Positions 19,753-29,305 of a stretch of 64,000 bases of DNA are shown one piece after another. Position numbers and translations under genes: made by a program. The stretch spans positions 42,793 through 106,792 of the forward strand of contig JAGWVF010000003.1 of NCBI GenBank assembly GCA_018971045.1, written 5' to 3'. The notes under the pieces are model-generated. The model did not search any database, was not told the DNA's origin, and worked only from the letters and a program-made list of their open reading frames with translations. Position 1 is the stretch's first letter; each line of letters starts with the position of its first letter. The DNA is from Patescibacteria group bacterium (GTDB lineage: Bacteria; Patescibacteriota; Minisyncoccia; Phycocordibacterales; Phycocordibacteraceae).

Positions 19753-21042
19753 TTATTTCGCCGTGCCGAATGTAAGCACTGCCGTTCCCGCCGAAATGCC
19801 CGAGACGATTTCCGTCATGCCGTTTGCGCCCGCGAGACCGGTCGTAACGAGCGTCTTTATCGGAGCGCCTTGGCCGTTCTGCACATACACAAAGGACTGG
19901 CCGGCGTCCTGGATAATGCTACTTGTGGGCACGATGAGCGCGCTTGCCTTACTTCCTCCCGCCGTCTCGATCGAGACGATGATCTGTCCCGGCGCAACCG
20001 TCTGTCCCGGGTGCGCATTGAGCGCGGTAACCGTGCCAGCGACCGGCGCCGAGAGCGTCGATTCTCGGAGCGTTACCTCGATGCCGCGAAGCGCCGCGGC
20101 CGCGGCATCAACCGCCGCCCGCGCCGCCGCGATATCGTTATCAGTCGGTCCGGCCTTGGCGAGCGCCAAAATACCCTGAGCACCCTGCACCAGAGTCATG
20201 CCGTTCGTGAGAGCGCTTACTGACCCCGAGACTGCTAGGCGCGCCGCGGTGATGTTCGCTTGATATCCTTGAAGGACTGCCGTCGGCATCACCGAAGACG
20301 CCGATGTCTCGGCAAGAAGCGTGGAGATATCGTTCAGTAGCGTCGAAATGCGCGTAAGACGCTGTTCCGCAAGAGCCGCTTCCGCGAGCGGGTCAGAAGC
20401 CGCGCCGCTCTGCCCCCTATTCGCAGTCTTCAATTGGAGGCTCCAATCGTTCATCATCGATTCCAGATCGCTTCGCTCCGACAAAACAACATTTTGTAAC
20501 GCTTGATCCGAGGGGGTGAACGCGAGCGTCGGCCACGCGGTCCGAGGATTGATAAACAGCTGATCCGCTTTGTTATGAATGGCGTCATCGGCGGTGATGT
20601 ACGCGTTGCGGATAGTGTCGTAAAGCGCCGCCTCAGCTTGGCGTACGTTCGTCTCATCAATCGCCAATTGCTCGGGGCGCGTTCCCGCAAGCAACGCGTC
20701 GAGCCGCGCTTGGGCCGCCTCTGTATTCGCCACGGCGCCCGCGCGCGTCGCCCGGAGCATCGACTGATCGAGCTCGACAAGCGGCGCGTGCGCGACGACC
20801 GTCTCTCCGATTGACGACGAGAGAGCCGCGACCTGACCGGGGATTTGGAACGAGAGGTCAATATTCGCGCCGCCGACGGCGGTAATCGGCGCGAGGGCGG
20901 CGCGCGTGTACGCCCCTGACGGAGTCACGGCGCTCGTCTTCCACGCAACGCCTACCATGACAAGCGCGATAAGCGCCGCGCCGCCGAGCGCTATTTTCGG
21001 CTTCGCCAGAAATGCCAATACCGACTTCGAAAGCTCCCGCAT
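19753..21042 (-). CDS. HlyD-family membrane fusion protein
   Basis: LSFQIPG, GTRPEQ coiled coil, LSAPVAG and V.TGL...G.TEI.SG. Confidence 0.82.
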   Translation of the reverse strand: MRELSKSVLAFLAKPKIALGGAALIALVMVGVAWKTSAVTPSGAYTRAALAPITAVGGANIDLSFQIPGQVAALSSSIGETVVAHAPLVELDQSMLRATRAGAVANTEAAQARLDALLAGTRPEQLAIDETNVRQAEAALYDTIRNAYITADDAIHNKADQLFINPRTAWPTLAFTPSDQALQNVVLSERSDLESMMNDWSLQLKTANRGQSGAASDPLAEAALAEQRLTRISTLLNDISTLLAETSASSVMPTAVLQGYQANITAARLAVSGSVSALTNGMTLVQGAQGILALAKAGPTDNDIAAARAAVDAAAAALRGIEVTLRESTLSAPVAGTVTALNAHPGQTVAPGQIIVSIETAGGSKASALIVPTSSIIQDAGQSFVYVQNGQGAPIKTLVTTGLAGANGMTEIVSGISAGTAVLTFGTAK

Positions 21043-21113
21043 AAATACTTAGGTAAGCGAACTATATCACCGCGACGCGGGCGGCGCAACCCCCCCCCGC
21101 GCCGCACCCGCGC

Positions 21114-22106
21114 TTAACAGGCGATATTCTGATCGACCGCGGTCGGACTCGCCTCGTACTGGATAATCCAGACGGGACTGCCGGGAATGAGCATGCTTCC
21201 CGTGAGACAGGCATTCGTCGCTTTCACCTGCGAGGCGACGCCGATCGGAAACCACGTCGGCGTGGTGATGTTCTCTTTCGCTATCGTCTGCGCAGGCACG
21301 AAGGCGGTACCCGCGATGCGGCGCCACATATACGGCATCGAATAGATACCGGCGCGAACCCCCTCCGTATTCAGAAAATCGATCGCGCCCTGGATAACCG
21401 CGTCGTTGACCGCCGTGTCGATTGACCAGCTGTTCTCTTCTTCGATATCAAGCCACCAGAAGAACGAGGAGACGCCGACGCTATTCGCGTGCCGATAGGC
21501 GCTTTTCGCCGCATTGTAGCCGTAATTGTAGCTCGCGCACGCGCTCGGCTCCGGATAGGTGCCGCCGGACGCCCGAGACGTCGTGGTCGCGCCAAAGAGT
21601 ACGTCGCAGGTCCGCGGCGCGCTCATGTGCTCGCTCGTCGCCGTACTTCCATAGGGCGCATTCAGATTAAGATACAGCGTGGGGAGCGTCGCGCCGAACT
21701 GCGCAAGCGCGTATTCGGAATGAAGACGATTATTGTAAACGTATGCTTTCCCGGCGGTAACGCCGACGACCATGAACCCGCCCGAGGCGTCCGGATAACT
21801 CCGCGTATTAAAGGAGAGGTCGTAGCCGAGACTGCCCGAGCGGTAGGGACTGCCTGTCGTGTCCGGGCGCGTAAGCGGCGCGGGAATCGAGGATGTAGCC
21901 GCCGAGTTCGGGAGAGGATCAGAGATTGACGAGCCGCCGAGAGCACCAGCGACGCTCGCGATAACCGTCTCGGGTGCGCTGAAAGCGCGCAGGAGGCCGA
22001 GAATGGCGCCCACCTGCGACGATGTCAGACCGGCGGCAGACGCCAGAGAAGGCGCCGCCATCATAAGCGCGAACGCCGCCGTCTGAACGAAACTCCTTCG
22101 CCGCAT
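21114..22106 (-). CDS. Secreted glycoside-hydrolase-like protein (GH25/DUF1906-like TIM barrel)
   Basis: Start reassigned to MRRRSFVQ at 22106 (TATACT 7 nt upstream); signal peptide; GYDLSF, WWLDIE, GIYS...W, and QY..DQN near the C-terminus. Confidence 0.6.
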   Translation of the reverse strand: MRRRSFVQTAAFALMMAAPSLASAAGLTSSQVGAILGLLRAFSAPETVIASVAGALGGSSISDPLPNSAATSSIPAPLTRPDTTGSPYRSGSLGYDLSFNTRSYPDASGGFMVVGVTAGKAYVYNNRLHSEYALAQFGATLPTLYLNLNAPYGSTATSEHMSAPRTCDVLFGATTTSRASGGTYPEPSACASYNYGYNAAKSAYRHANSVGVSSFFWWLDIEEENSWSIDTAVNDAVIQGAIDFLNTEGVRAGIYSMPYMWRRIAGTAFVPAQTIAKENITTPTWFPIGVASQVKATNACLTGSMLIPGSPVWIIQYEASPTAVDQNIAC

Positions 22107-22155
22107 AGACTTCAGTATAACTCGAGGAAACCCATTTTGTGATAGACTTCTAGTC

Positions 22156-22551
22156 ATGGAAGGTTTATTCGCCAAGAAGAAAGCAATTTCCGTCTTTGCG
22201 GGCGTCTTCTTTCTGACGATAAGTATCGGCGGCGTGTATATGGCGGCCATGCCGATGCAGGACGGCATCATGCACGAATGTCCGTTCATGGGCGTACCTG
22301 CATTGTGCCACATGAGCCCACTCGAACATCTCACGCAGTGGCAAACAATGTTTGCGGCTACGGTACAGCAAGCACTGATCCTGTTCACTGCGCTGGCACT
22401 CATCGTCGCCCTTGGGTGGCATTTCATACGAGACCTCCTCTTACCTGAGCGCGCCAAGGCGTTCTCACCGAGATATCGGAAAAGAGAACCGATAGTGGAC
22501 CCCTTACGGCTTGCCTTAGCCAAAGGAATCATTCACTCAAAAGCATTCTAA
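22156..22551 (+). CDS. Small membrane protein with a Met/Cys/His-rich loop, directly upstream of copA
   Basis: TM - MHECPFMGVPALCHMSPLEH - TM - basic tail. TAGACT lies 7 nt before the ATG. Confidence 0.75.
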   Translation: MEGLFAKKKAISVFAGVFFLTISIGGVYMAAMPMQDGIMHECPFMGVPALCHMSPLEHLTQWQTMFAATVQQALILFTALALIVALGWHFIRDLLLPERAKAFSPRYRKREPIVDPLRLALAKGIIHSKAF

Positions 22552-22552
22552 C

Positions 22553-22596
22553 GGAAGATGGTTGCGTCTTTTGGCGCGTTATATCTAACCATCTCC
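22553..22596 (+). promoter_or_regulatory. Intercistronic stem-loop occluding the copA initiation region
   Basis: AGATGGTT (22556-22563) pairs with AACCATCT (22587-22594), with an inner GCGTC-TTTT-GGCGC hairpin. It fills the gap between the upstream stop and the copA ATG. Confidence 0.5.
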
Positions 22597-22597
22597 T

Positions 22598-24838
22598 ATG
22601 AATCAAACTCAAACCTACACAATCAAAGGAATGCACTGCGCCTCGTGCGCGAGCATCATAGAAAAAACTTTTAGAAAATTACCCGGCGTGAATTCTGTCG
22701 AGGTTAATTACGCGACCGAGACCGCCAAAGTTACACACGGGGTGCATGTGGATCGCGCCCGGCTCTCGAAGAGTATCGAACCTTTGGGCTACTCACTCGC
22801 ACAAACCGCCGAGGAGATGGGCATGTCTCCAGAGGAGCACGCGGGTCATCTTGGGCTTAATCAAACGAAAGAAGAGAAGCTTGCTGAGCTCAAGGCGATG
22901 CGCACCAAGGTGGTTATCTCTCTTCCGCTTGCAGTGGTGGCGGCGCTGAACATGGTGCTTGGCATCGTGCCTAACAGTTTGCTGTGGCTTATGGCCACCG
23001 TAATGCTCTTTTGGGTCGGCCAGCCGTATCTCATGGGCTTTTGGCGCTTCTTGCGCTATGGAGCGGCCAACATGGACACGCTCATCGGCATCGGAACTTC
23101 AGCCGCGTACCTCTACAGCGCAATTGTAAGCGTATTCGCGTTACAATTAAAAACGTATCTCGACGTGACCGGCACCTACTGGGACGCCGCTATCGTAGTC
23201 ATCGCGTTCATCACGCTCGGTAAGTATCTTGAAGCGCGCAGCAAACTAAAAACCGGCGACGCGATAGAAAAACTGCTCACTCTTCAGGCAAAAGTCGCGT
23301 TGGCGGTGCGCGATGGCAAAGAAGTTGAAGTGCCGATCGCAGACATCGTGCAGGGCGACATGATCGTAGTGAAGCCTGCGGGCAAAATCCCCGTCGACGG
23401 TGTTATCGCTGAAGGTTCATCGTTTGTCGATGAGTCGATGCTCACAGGCGAGCCGATACCGGTTGAAAAAAATATCGGCGACACAGTTGTTGGCGGCACG
23501 CTCAATACGACCGGCGCCTTCACCTTCCGCGCTACGAACGTGGGCGGCGATACTATGCTCGCGCACATCATCAACATGGTCGCCGAGGCGCAAGGCAGCC
23601 GGGCGCCAATTCAAGCTCTAGCCGATAAAATCAGCAGCGTCTTCGTGCCTATTGTGCTCGTGCTCGCGTTCCTGGCGCTTGGCGCGTGGCTATTGATCGG
23701 CGGGGCGTATCTCGGCTTTGCGCAGGCGCTTAGCCTCGGACTCGCTTCCTTCGTTGGGATACTGGTTATTGCGTGCCCGTGCGCACTCGGCCTCGCTACG
23801 CCGACCGCCATCATCGTAGGAGTCGGCAAGGGCGCCAAGGAAGGCATTCTCATCAAGGACGCCGCGACGTTACAGAAGCTTGCCCAGGTCGACATTGTCG
23901 TGCTCGACAAAACAGGTACGCTCACACAAGGCCGCCCCGAAGTTACGGCTCTCAATAACTACTCTAAGCTCACTGACGATCAGATACTTGCCATCGCCGC
24001 CGCGCTTGAAAGCAAATCAGAGCACCCGATAGCGCACGCGGTCGTGGGCCACGCTAACGCTCGCAAGCTAGCATTGCCGAGTGTAGACCGCTTTGAGGCG
24101 CTCAATGGCAAGGGGCTTAAGGGATTGGTAGACGGTGTTGAATACTACGCCGGCAACTTAAAGCTGTTACGCGATCTTGGCCTCGTGGCTGACGCACAAG
24201 CAGTTGCCGCAGGAACGGAGGCTGGGAATACGCCCGTCTTCCTTGCGACGAAAGATACTATTCTTGCACTCATATTGGTGGCGGATGCGCTTAAAGAAAA
24301 TGCAAAAGATGCCATTAACAAACTTCATGCTATGCGTGTCCGCGTCATGATGCTCACGGGCGACGACAAGCGCACGGCCGCCCACATAGCGCGGCTTGCG
24401 GGCATCGATGAAGTGGCAGCCGAGGTTCTTCCCGAAGACAAACTCACCACCATCAAGAAATTGCAGACTGAAGGCCGCGTGGTTGCGATGGCGGGCGACG
24501 GCGTTAACGATGCCCCCGCCTTGGCGCAAGCCGATGTCGGCATCGCCATGGCCACAGGTACCGATGTTGCTATCGAGACCGCAGGTATTGCGTTATTGTA
24601 TGGCGATCTCGGTAAACTCGTTAAAGCCGTCTCGCTCAGCAAACTCACGATGCGCGGCATCAAACAAAATCTCTTCTGGGCGTTCATCTACAACATCGTG
24701 GGTATTCCGCTCGCAGGCGGGCTCTTCTACCCTCTGCTCGGTTGGGCGATAAGCCCGGTCTTTGCCGGTGCCGCTATGGCGCTCTCGAGCGTCTCAGTTA
24801 TCAGCAACTCGCTGCGCATTAAAGCTAAAACTCTCTAA
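22598..24838 (+). CDS. copA: Cu(I)-translocating P1B-type ATPase
   Basis: GMHCASC HMA domain, TGE, CPC, DKTGT, SEHP, GDGVND, YN and MALSS motifs. Confidence 0.95.
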   Translation: MNQTQTYTIKGMHCASCASIIEKTFRKLPGVNSVEVNYATETAKVTHGVHVDRARLSKSIEPLGYSLAQTAEEMGMSPEEHAGHLGLNQTKEEKLAELKAMRTKVVISLPLAVVAALNMVLGIVPNSLLWLMATVMLFWVGQPYLMGFWRFLRYGAANMDTLIGIGTSAAYLYSAIVSVFALQLKTYLDVTGTYWDAAIVVIAFITLGKYLEARSKLKTGDAIEKLLTLQAKVALAVRDGKEVEVPIADIVQGDMIVVKPAGKIPVDGVIAEGSSFVDESMLTGEPIPVEKNIGDTVVGGTLNTTGAFTFRATNVGGDTMLAHIINMVAEAQGSRAPIQALADKISSVFVPIVLVLAFLALGAWLLIGGAYLGFAQALSLGLASFVGILVIACPCALGLATPTAIIVGVGKGAKEGILIKDAATLQKLAQVDIVVLDKTGTLTQGRPEVTALNNYSKLTDDQILAIAAALESKSEHPIAHAVVGHANARKLALPSVDRFEALNGKGLKGLVDGVEYYAGNLKLLRDLGLVADAQAVAAGTEAGNTPVFLATKDTILALILVADALKENAKDAINKLHAMRVRVMMLTGDDKRTAAHIARLAGIDEVAAEVLPEDKLTTIKKLQTEGRVVAMAGDGVNDAPALAQADVGIAMATGTDVAIETAGIALLYGDLGKLVKAVSLSKLTMRGIKQNLFWAFIYNIVGIPLAGGLFYPLLGWAISPVFAGAAMALSSVSVISNSLRIKAKTL

Positions 24839-24843
24839 AAACT

Positions 24844-25866
24844 ATGAGCACTCAAACACTTGCCTTGCACATACAGGGCATGCACTGCAAAGCGTGCACG
24901 ATCCTTACCGAATCCGAAGCGCAGGAGCTGCCGTACATCACTCGTGCGAAGGCGGATCTCAAGCATCACACCGTTACCGTCGAAGGCGCATTGGAGTCGA
25001 AATTGCCGCAAGAAATCGCGGCAGAACTTACCGAGCGTCTGCGCTCTCACGGCTATACGGTTTCAGTCGAACGCCGGCGCCAGCCCGTGAAGTGGAGCGA
25101 CTTCAAGTTAGCTGTTCCCATCGCGCTGGCGTTTGCGGCGCTGTTTGTCCTATTGCAAAAACTCGGTCTCGTGAACTTTGTCGGGGGAGGGTCAATGACA
25201 TACGGCACCGCATTCGCTATTGGCGTAGTCGCATCGCTCAGCACTTGCATGGCAGTCGTCGGCGGCCTCGTGCTGTCGATGTCTGCCACCTTCGCCAAAG
25301 AAGGCGACCGCGTGCGCCCGCAGGTTCTGTTCCATGTTGGCCGGCTACTCTCGTTCGTGCTCTTAGGCGGCGTGATCGGAGCGATAGGCTCTGCGTTCGC
25401 GCTCAATACGACTGCGACCTTCGTACTTACGGTCATCATCGGGCTCGTGATGCTCCTTCTGGGCATCAACTTGCTCGATATCTTCCACTGGAGCAAGCGC
25501 TTGCAACCTGCCATGCCGGCTTTCATGGCTCGACATACCTACGGCATAGCGCAGGTCAATCACACGCTTACGCCGTTTCTTGTGGGCGTGGCGACCTTCT
25601 TCTTGCCATGCGGATTCACCCAGGCGATGCAGCTCTATTCGCTCGGGACCGGCAGCTTTGTCGCGGGAGCGCTCACCATGGGCTCCTTTGCGCTTGGCAC
25701 CCTGCCCGTACTTGGCCTGTTATCGTTCAGTTCGTTCAGCATCCAGCGCAGTTCGTGGGCAGGCGTATTCTTCAAGACAGCGGGACTCGTGGTCATCCTC
25801 TTCGCGCTCTACAATCTGCTTAACGCGCTCGTTATTATCGGCCTCATCCAGCCCCTCGGCCTGTAG
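24844..25866 (+). CDS. HMA domain + DsbD_2/TauE-like membrane protein
   Basis: GMHCKAC; SLSTCMAVVGG; FHVGR; FFLPCGFTQ. Confidence 0.88.
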   Translation: MSTQTLALHIQGMHCKACTILTESEAQELPYITRAKADLKHHTVTVEGALESKLPQEIAAELTERLRSHGYTVSVERRRQPVKWSDFKLAVPIALAFAALFVLLQKLGLVNFVGGGSMTYGTAFAIGVVASLSTCMAVVGGLVLSMSATFAKEGDRVRPQVLFHVGRLLSFVLLGGVIGAIGSAFALNTTATFVLTVIIGLVMLLLGINLLDIFHWSKRLQPAMPAFMARHTYGIAQVNHTLTPFLVGVATFFLPCGFTQAMQLYSLGTGSFVAGALTMGSFALGTLPVLGLLSFSSFSIQRSSWAGVFFKTAGLVVILFALYNLLNALVIIGLIQPLGL

Positions 25867-25869
25867 CAT

Positions 25870-26262
25870 ATGAAATCAACAACTATATCGATTGTGTTCG
25901 CAGGACTGCTTATTGCTGGAGCAATCTTCTACACGGGAGCAAGTAGTACACCGGGAAGCAGTGGCACACCCGTTGCCAACAATGTCAGTGTGGTGAACGG
26001 TACGCAGATCGTGGAGATAAGCGTGCGCGGCGGTTATCATCCGCAACGCAGCCAGGCTAAAGCAGGCATTCCGACTGTGCTGCGATTTGAGACCAACGGC
26101 AGCTTTGACTGCTCGTCCTCGGTCCGTATTCCAAGCCTTGGTATCGCTCAAAGTCTGCCGTCGTCGGGCAACACAGACATAAGCGCCGGCACACCGTCTG
26201 CAGGCGTTCTGCGCGGCACCTGTGGCATGGGCATGTACAGTTTTGAGATAGGCTTCAGCTAG
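25870..26262 (+). CDS. Cupredoxin-domain protein
   Basis: GGY.P...AKAGIP, DCSS and CGMGM (CupA-like). Confidence 0.85.
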   Translation: MKSTTISIVFAGLLIAGAIFYTGASSTPGSSGTPVANNVSVVNGTQIVEISVRGGYHPQRSQAKAGIPTVLRFETNGSFDCSSSVRIPSLGIAQSLPSSGNTDISAGTPSAGVLRGTCGMGMYSFEIGFS

Positions 26263-26279
26263 CTTCAAAGTTATAAATC

Positions 26280-27158
26280 TTGATTATAAAAACTAAGCAC
26301 GTTGTCCCCGCTCTCTATATAAATGGTGATTGTCACGACTTGCTTAAGACGCGTGAATTTAAGGTTAGAGTATGCAATGATGCCCTCATGTACAAAGAAT
26401 TGACTCCCGGAGGCGTTCGGAAGATGTTTGGTGTCTCTGAGAACTATACGGTGGAGGCCCTTCTCACGTTCGGTACACATCCGAAAACGAAGGAGTATCC
26501 CTTCTTCGAGGAGGCCTTGCGCACGCAAGGTATCGAACCGATTTACGAAACGATTCCAAGTGTTTTTTTCGGCGACATACGGAGCATCATGACGCCGCAT
26601 GGGAGACTCTGGTTTGACGTCATCTATGGGAGCGCGTACGGGAGCGAAGTCGCACATATCGCTTCCCTACTCGGAGCAAAGGCTATCATTCATATCGGGA
26701 AAACCGGTGGCTTGCAGAAAGATCTCAAGACCGGGGACATTGTCGTTCCTTCTCGTGCGGACGCGGATGACAGCGCACCACGCATGTATGCTCGTCCAGA
26801 GACTGCGAAAGTGTTTCCGAGCGATGCTCAGCTCAGCGAAGAACTCACAGAAAACATTGGTGCGCCGATCGACCGCCGACCTATCATATCGATTCAAGCG
26901 ATGCTCGCTGAGACTCGCGAGGACGTCGTCGCATGGGAGAAAGAAGGCTACGCTGGTGTCGATCTTGAGTGCGCAACCATATTTGCTGTCGCGAATCATT
27001 TCAAGATCCCAGTCGCGGCGGCGGTCTACACCGCCGACAATCTTGCGAATGAATCGCTTGTGACCGATACGGGCTATGCTGAATCAAAAGAACATCGTCA
27101 GGAGGCAAAACGCCAGATCTATGCTGCAGCAGTAAAGACTCTTTTCGGGCGTATGTAA
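26280..27158 (+). CDS. Nucleoside phosphorylase (PNP/UDP family)
   Basis: IGKTGGL...GDIVVP, GVDLECA and ADNL motifs; TTG start uncertain. Confidence 0.75.
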   Translation: MIIKTKHVVPALYINGDCHDLLKTREFKVRVCNDALMYKELTPGGVRKMFGVSENYTVEALLTFGTHPKTKEYPFFEEALRTQGIEPIYETIPSVFFGDIRSIMTPHGRLWFDVIYGSAYGSEVAHIASLLGAKAIIHIGKTGGLQKDLKTGDIVVPSRADADDSAPRMYARPETAKVFPSDAQLSEELTENIGAPIDRRPIISIQAMLAETREDVVAWEKEGYAGVDLECATIFAVANHFKIPVAAAVYTADNLANESLVTDTGYAESKEHRQEAKRQIYAAAVKTLFGRM

Positions 27159-27166
27159 AAGAACGA

Positions 27167-27187
27167 GGCCAGGAGTGTATCCTGGCC
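27167..27187. terminator. Hairpin between convergent genes
   Basis: GGCCAGGA-GTGTA-TCCTGGCC. Confidence 0.55.
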
Positions 27188-27200
27188 CGTTGGAGAAGGA

Positions 27201-27527
27201 TTAATTGGTAATTTCTCTCTGATCCGGACCGGAATCGGCCGGGCCGCTCTCGGCTTCGTGCTGGACGTTCGCGTTCACGTCCGTGCCCGCGTCGTCAGCC
27301 GTCTCGCCATCGAGCTGCTTCGGATCTTGGGCGGAGGTTTGCACCTGCGCACCGGAGTCGTCTGCCTGCTCCCCGTCGAGATTCTGCGGATCCTGTGCGA
27401 CCGCCTGCGCCTGTGTCGTCGGGCCGGCCTGGCTCATGCTCGCGGCATGGACGGCATAGCCCGCGGCTCCGGTGATGCCGACGATGAAGGCGGCAAGGAT
27501 CGGAAGATATTTCTTGGTTGAAAACAT
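27201..27527 (-). CDS. Small secreted acidic protein with an internal duplication
   Basis: Signal peptide; AQDPQNLDGEQADDSG and AQDPKQLDGETADDAG. Confidence 0.7.
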   Translation of the reverse strand: MFSTKKYLPILAAFIVGITGAAGYAVHAASMSQAGPTTQAQAVAQDPQNLDGEQADDSGAQVQTSAQDPKQLDGETADDAGTDVNANVQHEAESGPADSGPDQREITN

Positions 27528-27602
27528 AACGTTCGATTAGATTACTGATAATGAGGTCGCCCTCGTCAACCACTACGCAACCCATCCCAGATTCCTTACA
27601 AA

Positions 27603-28094
27603 TCAGTCCGCGCCGTCACTTGGAGCCGTGAATACGCCCTGAAGAGAGACTCGATGCGGCAAGTGCCTGTACACGCGCTGCCCAAAGTCGAAGTGGTTGA
27701 GGATGATGCCGAGCGATATGCTGAACAACACCACGACAAGCACGAGCGTGGTCGTAGCGTACGTATAGCCGCGGCGCGTGCGACGGAGGCCGCAGTATGC
27801 GACGACCGTGAAGAAGGCCGTGATACCGAGCCACACGAAGGGGATGCTCTGCGCTATATCCTGGATCGACGAACCTTGAAGCTTCGCGATGCCGTCGTTA
27901 TCAAAGAAGACGAATTCGGCAATGGCGAAGGCAATACCGCCGATGACAACTGATGCGACAGCGAGAAACCAGATCATGCCGCGGCTCACGAGAAACTTCC
28001 ATCGCGCAATGGGCACTGCGCCGCGCGCCTCAAGCTCTTTCACGAGCTCCTGTGGGAATGCGTCGCTTGTCTCCATATTAGGTGTGTTCATCAT
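27603..28094 (-). CDS. Membrane protein, putative anti-sigma factor
   Basis: Overlaps the ECF sigma gene; three TM segments; P(F/W) and R.T..GY pattern parallels 10030..10743. Confidence 0.6.
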   Translation of the reverse strand: MMNTPNMETSDAFPQELVKELEARGAVPIARWKFLVSRGMIWFLAVASVVIGGIAFAIAEFVFFDNDGIAKLQGSSIQDIAQSIPFVWLGITAFFTVVAYCGLRRTRRGYTYATTTLVLVVVLFSISLGIILNHFDFGQRVYRHLPHRVSLQGVFTAPSDGAD

Positions 28095-28650
28095 ACCTCT
28101 TTAGTTTTTCTTTTAGTTTCGACTTCGCCCGATTTATATAAACAGCGACCGTTCCAGACGGCAATTCCAAGATGTCCGAAATCTCATCGTAGCTCCTTTC
28201 TTCAAAGAATCGGAGGTACAGAACGTCACGGTACTTGAGATCGAGCGTTTCGAGCGCCTCGCGTACAGCTTTGGCGTTAATGGCGGTATCAACCTCGCGA
28301 GCAACGTCGAGATCGTCGGCGATCCTATCGAGCGCCTCAAGATTATCTTCGAACTTTGATGGTCGGGGACGATTCTTTTGCCTTCGGAAGTGATTGAAGG
28401 TCTCGTTGCGAGCGATGCGATACAACCAGGCGCTGAATGAAAGCGTGGAGTCGTAATCATTCAGGTGGACGTACGCCTTTATAAAAGTCTCTTGAAGAAT
28501 GTCCTTCGCTATCTCTGCATCGAGCGAACCGAGACGAACAATGTAGCGGAGAAGGCGCACATCGTATCGAACAACGAGCTGGGCGAACTCCTCGCGATTC
28601 GCGAGGGCCGCCCTTACCAGCTCAACATCCGTACGTGCGTCATCAGCCAC
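28078..28650 (-). CDS. ECF RNA polymerase sigma factor
   Basis: DILQETFIKAY, FSAWLYRIARN and SYDEISDILELP.GTV motifs. Confidence 0.92.
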   Translation of the reverse strand: MADDARTDVELVRAALANREEFAQLVVRYDVRLLRYIVRLGSLDAEIAKDILQETFIKAYVHLNDYDSTLSFSAWLYRIARNETFNHFRRQKNRPRPSKFEDNLEALDRIADDLDVAREVDTAINAKAVREALETLDLKYRDVLYLRFFEERSYDEISDILELPSGTVAVYINRAKSKLKEKLKRYDEHT

Positions 28651-28662
28651 CTGTCAACCATA

Positions 28663-29298
28663 TCACAGGGAAAAGAGCGACGCTTCTCCAAACAACTCGG
28701 TTCCCGAATCAGTAACGTGCATTCCGGCACCGTCCTTGCACGTATAGATTTCCCGTCCGTGCTTCTGTTTATACTCTGCTAGCCACGCGCGCTCGTCAGG
28801 CGTGTCAGCGAAATGCGGTTGGAATTCGAAATCAACAAAATCGAAACCGGTGAAATCAGTCATGCCGACTTCATTCTCGTCTTCAGAGGCCGCAATCTCG
28901 ATAGATGGCGTGCATATGATGCTTCCGGCACTCGCGCCGATGAGTACGCCACCGTTCGTGAGATGCTGTTCAAGAATCTTCTCGAGTCCGCGCTTGCGCG
29001 CACCGTCCATGAAAGTGAAGGTGTTCCCTCCAGAGAGATAGATGGCAGTATAGCTCGGGAGCGTTGCTAGCATCTCGTCGGTGAACGCGTCTGAAAGGTC
29101 GAAGTAGTCGACACCCAGCTCTGGACTGATCGCGGCATAATCGGCGATAGTAGATCGGTAATACGGACGATCGCCAATCTGTGGGCTCGAAGAAACATAC
29201 GCGACCTTTGTCCCCCGCTTGAGAATCTCTTGCGCGAGCGCTTCGCGCAGCTTCTCGTCGAGCGGGCTCATCATGCTGAGCAGGAAGATATTCTTCAT
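28663..29298 (-). CDS. Peptidase S51 (PepE/class I glutamine amidotransferase-like)
   Basis: IYLSGGNTF, G.SAGS nucleophile elbow and PHF; start reassigned to MKNIFLLS. Confidence 0.85.
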   Translation of the reverse strand: MKNIFLLSMMSPLDEKLREALAQEILKRGTKVAYVSSSPQIGDRPYYRSTIADYAAISPELGVDYFDLSDAFTDEMLATLPSYTAIYLSGGNTFTFMDGARKRGLEKILEQHLTNGGVLIGASAGSIICTPSIEIAASEDENEVGMTDFTGFDFVDFEFQPHFADTPDERAWLAEYKQKHGREIYTCKDGAGMHVTDSGTELFGEASLFSL

Positions 29299-29305
29299 GA
29301 TCTTC

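Noticed and set aside
22666-23760. Overlapping + strand 353-aa ORF (24762..25823) and other alternative frames in the copper cluster
   Set aside because: They are low-complexity Arg/Ala-rich products overlapping motif-supported genes.
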